Assembly: GCA_038087875.1 (NCBI GenBank)
Contig: JAXLNO010000236.1
Coordinates: forward strand, 1-64,000
Direction: 5' to 3'
Length of the DNA stretch: 64,000 nt
Origin: Malacoraja senta
Lineage: Eukaryota
Below the pieces are notes generated by a model, which saw only the letters and a list, made by a program, of their open reading frames with translations, searched no databases and was not told the origin of the DNA. Position 1 is the stretch's first letter; every line of letters starts with the position of its first letter. Shown piece after piece: positions 37,801 through 52,800 of the stretch. The translations under genes were made by a program, and so were the position numbers.

Positions 37801-40800
37801 CTTGTAGGGCACTGTGCAAGTCCCATTTTAAGGCCTGGTTCTGGGTGTTAATTACGTTGCAAACATCTTTACGACCAATTACGCAATATTTTGCCGTGGA
37901 TCTGATTGGGAATCAGCTGAAACGTAGCTCAGATTTCATACAACAATTGAAGTGTGAAAACAAATTTCTGGTAAGTACATTTAAATGATCAGATACTCTC
38001 CTTTGGGATCTTAAGCACGGACAATTCGCCTTCAAACAGGGATCCTTTAAGGGGCTGTCCCACTTGGGCGACCTAATTGGCGAGTTTAGAAGAGTTTAGG
38101 AGAGTTTGAAAAAAATGTCATGTTGAAGACCTCCTTCGACTATGTAGAAGACCTCCTTCAACTATGTTGAAGACTAGCTTCGACTAGCTACAACAAACTT
38201 CGGGAAAATTGGACACCGAATAGTGGAGAGTGAAGACGACCTCCTTCGATCTCCCTTCGACTGTGATGAAGACTATCTACGACTACCTTTGACTACCCTC
38301 GATTACCTACGACTAACATGCCGACCTATTACGACTAAACCTACAAATAAAAATAGTATTGATTTTTTCCATGGCGACCTTTTTTTACTCGCAGGCATTT
38401 TTCAACATGTTGAAAAATATGCCGCCACCTAGCTGAGCCCTCGAGTACACGGGGACTACTCTCGAGCATGGAGAGTTACAAAGACCTCCTAGGACCTCGT
38501 GTCGACCATGCTGCGAGTAGGAGTCAAGGGCAAACTCGCGGATTAGGTCACCCAAGTGGGACAGCCCCTTTATTCCTATCCAAGAATTATAACTGGCAAA
38601 CCTCCTTTGCACCATGTCAAGGACCTTGACATGCTTTCAGTGCAGTGATCGGAACTGGACTCAATATTCCAGTTGTGGCCTAAGCAGAGATCTATAAACA
38701 TTCAAGTTAACTTCACATCTAATTGTCCAAGATCCTATTTGTTTTACAAACTCCTCTCAACCATACTTCAAACACACCAGGCCATTTACCCTTCCAATAT
38801 TCAAATTTACATTTTTTTTACAAAGGTGGGCAAAAATGCTGGAGAAACTCAGCGGGTGAGGCAGCATCTATGGAGCGAAGGACTAGGTGATGTTTTGGGT
38901 CAAGACCCTTCTTCAGACATTTATATATATATTTTTATACTTGTACATTTTTTTTTTTTTAATCAGCCGCATAGCACTTTACATCTGCTAATCTTTATAT
39001 CTCTTCAAAAAGCTTATAAAAAACAATGACTCTCAAAGTTTATCCATAAATTCTTAATGGGCAGCGTAAAAAAAAATGTTACCTCGACCTGCAGGGGCAC
39101 TGGTTTCAGTTGGCTGTGATGAGTCGCTAGCAGGCCTTGTACGCTCCACCTGATCCTCACTGCGCCAGCTTGGATGCCTACATTGAACCAAGGGATAATC
39201 ACTAAATGGCATCAAAATGAATAATGTGCCAATTAAGAGAAAAAAATACAAGAAAAAAAAATTGGTTAATATTCAAGTCAGGCAATTCAATGGTCTACAT
39301 AATTTTACAATATACAATAGCGCAACACAAGAATAGGCCCTTCGGCCCACAATGTCTGTGCCGAACATGATGCCAAGACCAACTCTTATCTGCCTGCACA
39401 TAATCCATATCCGTCCACATCCACGTACCTATCCAAAAGTCTCTTAAATGCCACTATCGTATCTGCCTCCATTACCACCCCCGGTAGCGAGCTCCAGGCA
39501 CTCACCACCCTCTTTGTAAAAAATTAAAAACTTGCCTCGCACATCTCCTTTAAACTTTGTCCCTCTCACCTTAAAGCTATACTCTCTAGTATTTGATTTT
39601 TCCATCCTGGGAAATAGGTTGTGACTGCCTACCCTACCTATGCCTCACAAATGCATATAATGTTGTGGTCGTATCTTAAAGGCAAAGCCACTGACACACC
39701 TCAACTATTTGGCCTTTGCACACACATATATAGCTTCAGAATGAAATTCAAGTTTAGTCAGAAATCTTGAGTGCTTTCCATAAGTTGAAATTGCTTAACT
39801 TGATGAGAATTTCAGCTTTTTTATAAATTAGTCTCACTGTAAAAGATCATGAAAATCTTAATATACAAGCCCGAGTGTATTAAGCCATAACTACCTCTGC
39901 TGGCTCTTAAAACAAAGAATAACTGTATGAATTTTTGAATATTTAAATATATAACATTAAACATTAAACGGATATGATTACTTTCATTTCTAACCCATTT
40001 TTTTTAAATCTGCAGTTCCTCTGTAGACGTAACACTATATTCCTGTTTATTTTCTCTTTTGCACTACCTGGTGCACTTACGGTACGATTTGACCGATAGC
40101 AAGCAAATGGTGGATTTTCAATGTATCTCAGTACACGTGACAATAACACAGCAATGTACATTTGCTGTGTTTAAGCACATGTTCCATGATTTAGAATTTA
40201 AATTCAAATGTTTAGATTCAGATTCAGATTTATTGTCACATGCACCAATTAAGGTACAGTGATATTTAACCTAAACATTTGAGGAATGCTTCCTGGTTTG
40301 TGAGATAATTCATCAACTGGCTTGTCATCGGGCACTTCTTTTGCATGAAATAATTTTGCCACAACTGCTTAATCCATTTACCAGTTGTATTCAATCTATG
40401 ACCTGTATCATTGATATCTTCAAAAAAAAATTCAACCGTTGCCAAACATGTTCTGAAACCACCCCAACATTTACATGTTATTTAGCAAATCCTTTCCAGT
40501 CAATTTTTTTATTGAAGAATTTAATCAATTAAAAAAAAATTGTGGATATATGTTTACATGGGATATGGGCCAGATTTGTGGATAAAGGTTTACAGGGATA
40601 TGGGCCAAATGAGGAAAAAGTGGGACTAACTTAGACGAGGCATCTTGGTCAGCATGGACAAGTTGGGCTGAAGGGTCTGTAAGACTACGACTCCATAAAC
40701 CGACTCTACGTAGTTTAAATAATAGGAGAAACAAAAAAAAGTTCTCATTGCAAAAACTTCAAAAAACAATAGCTCATGAGGCCAAAGAAGAGTAACTCAT

Positions 40801-43800
40801 GAACAAGGCACTAAAATATTGTATGTCTCAAAATGTCATTTTTCTAAATGCAATGTGAACATTGAAACTTTGTATCGCTAAAATGAAATTTGTAAAGTTC
40901 GGTACAAGTTCATTTCAGAAGTTTAGTTCATTTTTAGCCTTTGCTACCCTGTCAAAGGGAAGACTATACACAGATACAATCAAGTTGTCCACAGTAGACA
41001 GATACAGAATACAAGATACAACATTCAGTGCAAGTTACTGAGGGGCAATATGCAAAACCTACAGGCTGACAGATGTAACTTTTCACTAGGAGGGCCCTGC
41101 CATTTACACCTTCTCAATGTAGATCAATTTAAAAATAAAAAGGATAAAATTAGGTTACTGTATTGCCACCACAGATAGCACAAGTCAAAGTCAGTGATGG
41201 GAAGCACTGTATTTTGACACACTGAAGGTTTAAAGAAAAAAAACACAAATGAACACCTATATTTATTAGGTGGTTGCCTCAATAACAAAAGAACATGTGC
41301 AAGCATTGTTATCAAGAGCTTGTGAATCATAGGCTGTGTTCCAACACACCAATACTCCAAAGATCTTGAACTACAAATGCTGCAATTAAGAGTTTTCACA
41401 AGATGTAAACATCATCAGTTAAGATTTCACTACACCACCTTCAAAGTGACGTCAAGTGTTTTCAACGATGTGCTTATCCTTTGTGGGGAGTTTAGTTTAG
41501 AGATACAGCATGGAAACAGGCCCTTCGGCCCACCGAGTCCGCACCGACCCCGGCACATTAACACTATCCTGCACACACCAGGGACAATTTACAATTTTAC
41601 CTAAGCCAATTAACCTACAAACCTGTATGTCTTTGGAGTGGGACGAAACCAAAGATCTTGGAGAAAACCCACACAGGTCACGGGGAGAACGTACAAACTC
41701 CGTACAGACAGCACCCGTAGTTGGGATCGAACCCGGGTCACTGGTGCTGTAATGCGGCTACACCACCGTGCCGCCAAGATGAGCATCAATTTTTTCGGGT
41801 GGAATATAGCAGCTTTACTCAAAGTAGACAGCGGTGTTGGATTTCAGCATTATAGCCAACCATCCTGCCACTTCTGGACCTCAACATTTCTGATTAAAAA
41901 AAAAAACCACACATTCATTCTTCCATCCAATTATCTAACCATCTTCCTTTACCCTGGGGAAAAAGAGCTTACCTTTCCCGTGGTTGTTTAACCCCTTTAA
42001 TCCCTCTTTCTTGATCATCTATTTGCCTCTGATACTTTTCCTGCTCTTTCTTCAATCTCTCTTCAACCTCGCGTTCTTTAGCTGTTGTATCTACTGGCTT
42101 GGCAGCACCAAAAATGGATGCTGATCTTCCAGAGGACACCGCAGGAGGAGCTCGTACAACCTCTTCGTTTGGAATGCTGCGAGGTTTCAGGTTCAATTTA
42201 GGTCTCTGTACAGATCCTAAGGGCACAATTTCAGCAATCGTTTAAAAATGTCACATATTCTCAAACGTATTCAAAGTATTGATGCACCAGACCCCAAATC
42301 AGGAGCATCCGAACTGTTGACATTTCTTCAAAAAATCTTCTGCCTAATAACTTTATTCAAAAGTGTCAGGATTTACTTGCAATTTCTACACATCAGGAAA
42401 TTGGGGAATCTGCTAACTGGGGACAAAGCAGTGTGTTGTTTATTTCAGGAAACCAAAAAGGGGTTATTGTGTGTGCACAAAATCAGTGTGGCAGCAAAAC
42501 GTTTTAGCATGGAGCAACTTTCAGCAATGTGACAATGTTACATGTACGATGCCCTAGAAATATAGTGTCTTCACCATGATAATTCCCAAGATCCTGAAAT
42601 GACAACTTAGTGCTCCGTGGTTATAGACTACGGTTGCCAAAGCAAATGGAAAGTGCAAAATATTCTTCCACACACTCTACACCATCTCTCCCAGCAGAAC
42701 AGGCTGTAGGAATTACTTCAGCATAGATCCAAAACTCATGAGTTCATTTTAGTCAGCATTGAAGGGTGCAGAAATGAATGAGGAAAGACTTGCATTTGTA
42801 CTATAATAGATATAACCAGGTTAAAGATTTCATGTCAACATTAGCTCAAATATTAAAATGGTATTTGAAATGCAATGCAAGCTTTTACAATGGTCTCATT
42901 TTTTTTTCTCGATGATATTTATTTGGTAATAAAAGTGTGTTACCTCTATCTTCCTGTCTCGTTTCATCTCTTGTGCCAAAATCACTTCTCCTCTCATCTC
43001 TTCTCTCAAAGCGGTCAAATCCATCACTGTAACGATCACCACCACCCCGATAATCATCACTCCTCTTGTCGTCATAATTGTCTCTCCTAAATCCAGTGCC
43101 AAATGCACGCCGGCTGCCTAAAAAGACAATGTGCGCCACTAAAGCATATTTCCTTAACATGAAGATCGACATCAAATGCTGGAGTAACTCAGTGGGTCAG
43201 GCATCATCTCTGGAGAAAAGGATTAGGTGACGTTTTGGGTCAAGACCCCTCTTTAGACTGGGAGTCAGGTGAGGGGGAAACTAAAGGTATGAAAAAGTAC
43301 AAAACAAATCAGAGCCAGCGCCAATGACGCAGGAAAGGTGGAGCCCACAATGGTCCATTGTTGGCTGTGGACGAGGTGATAACGACAGGATAGGAACAGT
43401 GAAATTAGCAAGACAACTAGGGTAGGGGTGGGGGGGAGGGAGAGAAAGGGAATGCAAGCGTGCTCATCCAAGCACTTTCCATTATTAAGCACTTTTACAA
43501 CTATCAAAATGCACACAATCTACCTCACTTGTGCAATATTATTGGCCAATTTTTCAAAACAATTATTCACCTCTATTCTCAATTAAAGGCCTAGTAAATG
43601 TAAAAGCTAGTTTATTGTGGTTGCAGCAAAATAAAGCAGCCCAGGAAACACAACTGACCCAGTTGTACAGGCTCTTCAACCATACTGACCAAGATGTCTA
43701 AGCAAGCTATTGCCTGTGTTTTGCTCATATCCCTCTAAACCTTTTCTATCCATTTACCTGTCCAAATGCCTTTTGTTGAACATTGTAACTGTACCAGCTC

Positions 43801-46800
43801 TACAGCTTCCCCATGCTGCCCATTCCAGATGGAGACCATCCTGTATATACATTTACAAAAAAATCCCCTCAGCTCCCTTTTAAATCTTTTCCCCCTCACC
43901 ATAAATTTATGCCCTCTAGTTAGACTGCCCTATCCTGGGAAAAAGACTATCCACCTTATGTACACCCCTCATGATGTTATATACCTCTATAAGGTCACCC
44001 ATCAGCCTCCGATGATCCCGGGGAAAAGTGCCAGCCAATCTAGCCACTTTACAACTCAAGCCCGCCAGTCCCAGTAACAGCCTAGTGAATCTTTTCTGCC
44101 ACTTTACCAGCTTTATAACATCATTCCTTCAGCTGGGGGATTCTACACCAGAATTGCATCATTATTTCTGATATATGCCAAATGGATGAGCACAGTCGCA
44201 GATTAATGTGGATATGAGGTCCAATTTTATCACTATATTCCAAATAGTTTTCTATTTGTGACAGTGTAAGCAGTATCATTCCCATCAATTCAATTGAATA
44301 CCTTTTATTGAGACACAAAATCAAAGCTAATCGTTTTCTCAAAACAAATTCATTGTAACACATGCAATGGCTCACAATAGAGATGTGTGGGTGCTTTACT
44401 GTTAACCATGCAGTTATAGGTCAGCTCACCTCTATCCACGGTCGATCCAAAACCACGGTCCCTGAAGCTATCATCCCTGAATCTATCCCCATCTCGCCGG
44501 GGACCATCCCGGTCACGGCTTTCGTAACGGTCCCTAGTTCCTGGAAAACCAGAAAGCACAAATATTAAAACATTTCAAGAAGCCAAACACCAAAGAATGC
44601 TTACCAATGAAATCTGAATACAATCATTGGGCATGAGCAGTTATATAGATGATGCATGCTGTCTTAACTGAATGGCACAAAATGCAAGAGAAAGCTGGAA
44701 GCACCATACACATAGTTAGTGAGTAGAAGTCATCTCTACTCTGCCTCCAATGTTATGATAGTGGCATTTAAGAGATGCCACGATGTGATAGTGGCCTTTA
44801 AGAGACTTTTGGATAAGCACATGGATATGCAGGGAATGGAGGATTTGAATTATGTGCAGGCATATAAGAGTTGGCCTTGGCATCATGACATTGTGGGCCG
44901 AAGGGCCTATTCCTGTGCTGTTCTCTATTATGTTCTATGTTAGTGACAACAGAGAGAGGAAAAAAGTCAAGTACTCTGGCTGTCCCAGTCATGAGGGGCA
45001 CCATAGTTTTGCAAGTACAGTATAACTAAACAATATAAAATGCAATAAACAAATAGGGTTAGTGGATTTAAAAGGAAAAACAAATCTGGCTGTGTGAAGC
45101 ATGTACATTACCTACACTTTTCAAAAATATTGTCAACCTGTGTTGACAATCTTTTTTTTTAAGAAATATTTACTGATTTTCTTGGGGGAAGTGATTACAC
45201 TAATCAATCAAGACAAGAGATGTTCCTGCCATGAAGACAGGAAGAGCTAGTTTCACAAATAAATGCTCCCAGAGTGATGTACCTGTTACTCTGCGCCTGC
45301 TCTAACTTGGAGTGGACCAGTATTGCCTTGCAACAGGATTGTCAATTCCTAATGCATTGTACACAATGGGACTATGGTTTGTTGGCATCTCACATGTTGA
45401 AACCCCCCTCCTTTTGTGTATTAACCAGCATCTGCAGTTCTTTGTTTCTAGAAGAGTAGAAAGGGGGACCATTCTGCATATGGATGGTTCGAAACAAAAT
45501 GCTAGAAAATTCTTCAACAGCCTGAAGAAAGGCCCCGACCCAAAACGTCACCTATCCATTTTCTTCAGAGATGCTGCCTGACCCGCTGAATTACCTCAGC
45601 ATTTTGTGTCTCTCTTTGGTATAAATCAGTATCTGCCATTCCTTTTTACTGCAAATGGATTGACTGGATTCAATCCCAACAAAACAACAGATGAAAGGGT
45701 AGCTTATTGAACTGTTGCATTAGCTCATGATGTTGATTATCGGATACTCACTGTCCCCAAACGAATCCTCCATCCTTCTTGTCGGAAAATCATCGTTAGT
45801 ATTAGTTGTTGGCCGAGCCCTCCAATCAGTCTCCATCTCAGCATCCCGAACTCTGTCCCGATCGCCTCCCCTGCCCGACTCCCTTTCTGAATTGAGAGCA
45901 GAGACGGAAACGTCAAGCCACCTCAGTCATTCTCAGGAAGAACTTTACCAACATTTCAATATTCACTGATTCAGTGAGCCGTGAAGTACAAACATTTCTA
46001 GGTCAGTCTTTAGTTCACTGGCCAAGGTCAAAGGAAAAGTACATTATCCAGGCTAGTTACCAAGCTCAATTAAGAGATTGCTCAAAGCTGGGTTTCATAC
46101 TTCCAAACAATTTTAGTTCAAAAGAATATGCAATAGTAAATGTGATCTGCTCTGTGGAAATACTGGGGGGAAAATAATGTCAAAAAAAATCAATGGCAAG
46201 TAATTTAAGATAGTTATTTTGGAATAATTAAAGTTACTTTAAAATCTTCAACAAAAATCATGAAGCATACATCAAAAGCAGCAACAACAAAAAAACACTA
46301 CATAACCAACCTGGTTAAATCCAGTTTTTAAATTGAACTACAAATTGTAAGATTAATCTCTTGTAGGTACTTGCAACCGTTATACAACTCAGCACATATT
46401 TTCCCACAGGTAGCAAGCCATTACAATACAAAAACACCACACCTTTTTCCTGAGCTTGATCGGCAATATCCACCCTGACTCTTCGGTTCTGCAACATCTA
46501 AAGCAAGAATGAAAAGTAGTACAAAACGCATGACAAGAGCTACTACAAGGCATCACAGCGAGTATCCCCCATTCCAGGGGCGCAAATCGCTATCAAAACA
46601 TGGGGGGGGGGGGGACACTTTCTTGGTGCCCACCGGCGCATACACGCGAGGCTTCGGCCATAGGCCTTGTGGACGATAACATCGGGAGCCAACCTGGTTG
46701 GTGACCGACTCCGAACTGCAGCAACAGCAGCTTCCTCCGCCCCGAATCGCGGGGCTTCAATCGGCCCGTTCGCGGGGCCTTTCATCGCCCGGCGCTGCTC

Positions 46801-49800
46801 AAAACCAGCCGCCGGGATCTTCCATCGCCCGGCGGGGGCTTCAACATCAGAAGCCTCGATCGCCTCGACACAGCAATTTGACCGCGGGGCGATGGAAGAT
46901 CCCGCGGCCGATTTTAAGCCGCGCCGGGCGATGAAAGGCCCCGCGAACGGGCCGATTCAAGCTCCACTCTATGATCTTTGCTCCACCAGGACGTCTCCCT
47001 CCTCCAATCACCTAGCTCTATCCTCAGTCCCACCCCCTACTTCCGCCTCTGACCGACACCTCCCTCCTCCAATCATCGCGCTGAATCATCATGTCCCCCC
47101 CCCCCCCCATTTCCCGCTGACCGACGTCTCTCTCGTCCAATTGGCGCCCTCGATCATCAGTCCCCCACCTCTCAAAACATGGAGGGGATGTGCCCTTCCC
47201 TCCTCCCCCCCCCGGGATTTCTGCCCATGCCCCATTACAAATATATACAGAGCTAGCAATCTTGTACAATTCAAGAACCATTTTGAACGAAGGAAAACTA
47301 CATTAAAAAATTCGCCGGGGGGGGGGGGAGGGAGGGTAACATGGTATCTGAGTTGCAATAATAATGGATCAAGAAACTTGGAGGATAATGCATTTAATAT
47401 TATCAGGATTCTTTAGGAAAAATTATTCTTAAAACAGCTTGGTATTGTAACAAAAATGACACATTAAAGCGTTGAACACATTTACTCTACCTCTTCATTG
47501 AGACTCAAAGCATTCATCAGCGATTCCACATCATCAAACTCAGCATAACCAAATCCCTTCAATCTGTCCTGGTTGGTGGACTCCCTCGGCAAACGCACAG
47601 CGCTGATCTTTAGAAAGCCAAAACATCAGAAAATTATACATCCATCTTACTTCACCACACAAAGCTGCAGGTCTCATGAGATGGAATACTCTTCATTGAA
47701 TGAATCTATCAAACTATATGCCTCCATAGATGCTGCCTCACCAGCTGAGTTATTTTTGTCTACAAACTATATGCCCTCGTCCTTTCTACTCGAAAGTGTG
47801 CTCTCTCCAAGGATTGGGACAAAGGCCAATAACTTCCCTTCATACTAAGAAAGTACAAAGACACAAGGTACAGACACTAGACACAAGCACCATCCCAAAT
47901 TTCTGCTTGTCTGCCCTGCTGCCACCCTGTGCCTTTGAGTTCCTCCTGTTGCAAGGAAGCACAACACATCCTGTGGATCAATATTTTGTTTATTTTCTTG
48001 TCCTATTCCCATTTTGCACACCTTTGTTTTCTCCTCCCCTTCTCTTCCTCTAACCTTGTTTACTATTAACCTGTCATCAGAACTGGGAAAAGTTATTGGC
48101 CCAAAACACTTTCTATCTGGAAATGCGAGCTGCCTCCAGTTATACGAAGTGTTTAAAAAAAAAAATCATATTGCTAGAAATCTTGAAGGATCGTTTAATC
48201 TATTGGATACAATCTCAGAATAGAAAGACAAAATGATAATTATCATGCAGATTAATAATAAAACGGGGGGGGGGGGGGGGTCGTCTATCAAATGTCCTAC
48301 ACTGCAATGAGGCCAGAGAGCAGTAACCATCGGTTTATGAGTGTTGTCTTCAGTATTCAGTAAATGCCACATTGCCCTCATTTACTTACATTCATCCCAT
48401 GAAAGAACTTGCGGATAGACTCCTCGGATACTTCATAAGGCAAATTGCCTAGAAAAGCTGTGTACGGTGGCTGCTTAGGAATACGGCCCATATCAATATC
48501 TGGTGCTCGAGCTGCTCGAGGTGCAGTTGGCAGTAATGCCCGGTTAATGGCAGGCTTGTAAACATCGTCATCCATACCAGGCCAGGCAGTGGAAACTAGC
48601 AAAATGAACAATGGAAACATTGATTAAAAATAAGAGGTTCCTCCAAAAATACTTAAAAAAAATTTTTTTTAAAGGACTGCAGGTGGAATATTTCTGATTA
48701 TCACTTTTTTTCAGGATCAAAATGCACAGAAAACATAACACCATAGGTTCAGATGGAGGACATGGACTGGGGAAGGTGTAAGCAGTGGCAGTCACAATTA
48801 AGAGCAATATTTATAACCACCACAGAAACTTGGGGAACAATGTAGATTAAAGATTAAGAGCAAATTATGTTTGTGGTCCGCTTTCCGGGCTAACAATACA
48901 ATTGAAACACTTTCAAAAATTCATGTTTTTAAAAAAAAATATTTCAACTACTTTTCTTGAACAATTTTGAAAGAATATAGCCAGTGATTTGCTCATTGGA
49001 TATTTCCTCATGTTAATAGATAAGATGTTCTGGTCTTTCTGGGCTGAATATTAATTTTCATTAGCTGCTTGCCTGCCTGATCAGTTCTCATCTTTACGCT
49101 CTGCAGTCTTTTATTTTAACAGATTAGTCTGCAGCCTGCATTTATCACTTTTTGATTATTAACGGCAAGGCCAACCAGATGAAGGATCAACTTTCCAGGC
49201 TGAGGTGATCAAAGAATGAAGGATGAACATTTCCCACATTCTAACATCTCGCCAACATCTGCTCTGATCACACCGTGAAAATGTATACATTACAAAATCA
49301 TAATTCTATAAAACACTCTCTCTTTTAAAATTGGAGAACAGATGGTGAAACAAGATGCTTTGACAATTCCACCTATCTTAGAAGACTACATTGCATCTCT
49401 TGAATGGTCGTGGTTCTTAACCATTAAATTGTAATTTGCCAAAGCATTTTATGAAAGTTGAAACAAATTCTATATACAATCCTTATTTGATTTAGATTGC
49501 AGAGTTTAACAGACTCTAGCTGCTTCTCCAGTCAGGACCATTGTTATTTGCTTGCAGCCTGAAGCCACCGTGGTTTGCTCTGCCACCCACAAATTCAGTT
49601 GCCAAGCTATACAGTGCATTCAGAAAGTATTCAGACCCCTTCACGTTTTCCACATTTTGTTACGTTACAGCCTTAATTTAAAATGGATTAAATTCATCTT
49701 TTTTTCCCATCAATCTACACACAATATCCCAGAATGAAGAAGCGAAAACAGGCATTTAGAAATTTTTGCAAGGTAATTAAAAATAAATAGCTGAAATATC

Positions 49801-52800
49801 ACATTTACATAAGTATTCAGACCCTTTGCTATGACACTCAAAATTGAGCTTAGGTTCATCCTGTTTCCATTGATTATCCATGAGATGTTTCTACAACTTG
49901 ATTGGGAGGCCACCAGTAAATTAAATTGATTGGACATGATTTAGAAAGGCACACACCTGTCTATATAAGGCCCCGCAGTTGACAGTGCTTGTCAGAGCAA
50001 AAACCAAGCCATGAAGACAAAGGAATTGTCCGTAGACCTCAGAGACAGGATTGTGTCAAGACACAGATCTGGGAAGGGTATAAAACAATTTTTGCGGTAT
50101 TGCAGGTCCCGAAGAGCACAGTGGCCTCCGTCATTCTTAAATGGAAGAACTTATGGAAGAACTCCTCAGTAAAAGGTACATGACAGCCCGCTTGGAGTTT
50201 GCCAAAAGGTACCTAACGGACTCCCAGACCATGAGAAACAAGATTCTCTGGTCTGATGAAACCAAGATTGAACTCTTTGGCCTGAATGCCAAGCGTCATG
50301 TCTGGAGGAAACCATCACCTGGCCAATACAAATACCTATGGTGAAGGATGGTGGTGGCAGCATCATGCTGTGGGGATGTTTTTCAGCGGCAAGAACTGGG
50401 AGACTAGTCAGGATCGAGGGAAAGATGAACGGAGCAATGTACAGGGAGATCCTTGATGAAAACCTGATCCAAAGCGCTCTGGACCTCAGACTGGGGCAGA
50501 GGTTCACCTTCCAACAGGACAACGACCCTAAGCACACAGCCAAGACAATGCAGGAGTGGCTTCGTGACAAGTCTGCGAATGTCCTTGAGTGGCCCAGCCA
50601 GAGCCCGGACTTGAACCCGATCAAACATCTCTGGAGGGACCTGGAAATAGCTGTGCTTCGACGCTTCCCAGCCAACTTGACAGAGCTTGAGAGGATCTGC
50701 AGAGAAGAATGGGAGAAATTACCCAAATACAGGTGTGCCAAGCTTGTAGCGTCATACCCAAGACTTGAGGCTGTAATTGCTGCCAAAGGTGCCTCAACAA
50801 AGTACTGAGTAAAGGGTCTGAATACTTATGTAAATGTGATATTTCAGTAATTTATTTTTAATTACTTTGCAAACATTTCTAAACACCTGTCTTCGCTTTT
50901 TTATTATGGGGTATTGTGTGTAGATTGATGATAAAAAAAGAAAGAATTTAATCCATTTTAGAATAAGGCTGGAATGTGGATATAGTGAAGGGGTGTGAAT
51001 ACTTTCTGAATGCACTGGACGTGCATATGCACCGCCACCATCCTTTGAAAAAAGGAAATTCAAAGGATATGGGCACTTCAACAGGGCGTGATTATTGCTC
51101 TCAAGGTGAATGGGTTCACGCAACTTTTGAAAGCACCGTTTTTCAAATTGCTTCAGACTAATGCCAAGCAAGAGAATTATTTGAACCCAATTATGTTCAA
51201 ATATGTTTCAATTAACAACGTGCACAACTGCAAGCAAATCAGATTTGAAAATGTCTCTGGTTTCAACACTTCAAAAAAATAAAATAGTAGATACATCCAG
51301 GTCTCTATAGTGCTAAAGAATGCATAAACCTGATAAATGCACAAACTACATCAGTAGATTCTCCATGCTGCCTTTGCCAAACAGAAGTGGGGAGTCTGCT
51401 CAGTATTTGTAGGCAAACTGAGATTAGGTTACTATGCAAGGAAAGCAGAGACAATGTGCCCATGACTTCTCACAGAGGAAGAAGTTGCAGAAACAAAATA
51501 ATTGGTGCCATTTATTTTACCTTCTCTAACTCTTTGGTGGGATGATTTTTACCACACCTTCCATGCACGTGCACAAAAGACTGGCTGACCCTTTTTTTTG
51601 CTTTGGAGTTGCTATGCGAGTATCAGCTTGCTTTGCTGATACTCAATTTAGCAATATGAAACAATGGTCATTTGTGACAAAGTGCAGCATAGACTCCTGA
51701 ATTATTTCATCACAGTGCTCCTACAGCAGCCAATTTTCATGGTTTTCCTGCAACAAACTTTCAATAAGCAATTGGCAATTTGCAAATTGTTATTCCTTTA
51801 TTCACAAATTCATTAGATATTTAAACGGGAAAAATGGTAGCTTATTCCATTCACCAGACAGATTCCTGTAACAGGGAAACAACCGTCTTATTGGAGCATT
51901 ATGCAGACTCGTCCGATACCTTGGAGTTACGTACAATGAGGGGTGATTTCCGCAAAATGTGCCAAATTCTTCTGCAGCTTGGCTGGGCAAGTGCAGGAAT
52001 GATGCTTCCCCTAGCTGCGTAGTCCATTAAGGACAGAGATGAGAATAAATTTCTTCACCCCAGAAGATGGTGCAGTGTTGAAATTCTCTACCCAAAAGGT
52101 CCGTGGAGACTCAGCTGCTGCGTATATTCAAAGCAAAAGCAATAGATATTTGGACACAATGGAAATCTAACGATATGTGGTTGGTGTAGGAACGTGATGC
52201 TGAGGTAAATGATTTGCAATTATCTTCCTAAATGCCAGAGGAGACATGAGGGGCTAAGGAACCGACCTGCTTCTAAGACGTATATTCCAGCTCAGAGAAG
52301 CACCTAAAGGTTTCTCAAACAATCACAACCTATTACATGCTATACTTCTGCCAGTTGGCTGAGCTCCATTTTTCAGCCTCTAAATTAATCCAACGACAGA
52401 GAACACGCAAACCCTACGTGCACATCACTGACTGATGCAACTCTTGACTAGCTATGGCAGTCATCTGGAATAATGGACCTGCCATTTATGGGGTGAATTG
52501 AATTGAATACATTTTATTAGCCAAGTATGTATACATACAAGGAATTTGCCTTGGTGCTTTGCTCCCCTCTGTCACGGTATTTGACAGAACAGCAGAGTTA
52601 ATTGACAATGAACCAGACTGAAGGAATATGCATTAACCTCTGGGAGTTCTCGGACCATCTGCCCGTGTTTACCGCTCATACTGTTTTTCCTGGATTGCCT
52701 GCAAACCCAGTAAACACCAAAATCAGTTTACGAGATTGGACCCTTGTTGCAATTGCTCTAGTTAGGTGCCACCTAATACAAAAGAAATTGCAGGTATGAA

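Noticed and set aside
46667-47416. 249-aa ORF on +
   Set aside because: Runs through a GC-rich palindromic transposon fragment and C-runs; no recognisable domain.
50166-50786. 206-aa ORF on -
   Set aside because: Antisense shadow of the Tc1 transposase.
51615-51720. C/D-box-like GTGATGA...CTGA on the minus strand in EIF4B intron 2
   Set aside because: Box D sits inside a perfect 10-bp local hairpin, the terminal stem is imperfect, and I see no rRNA/snRNA guide.
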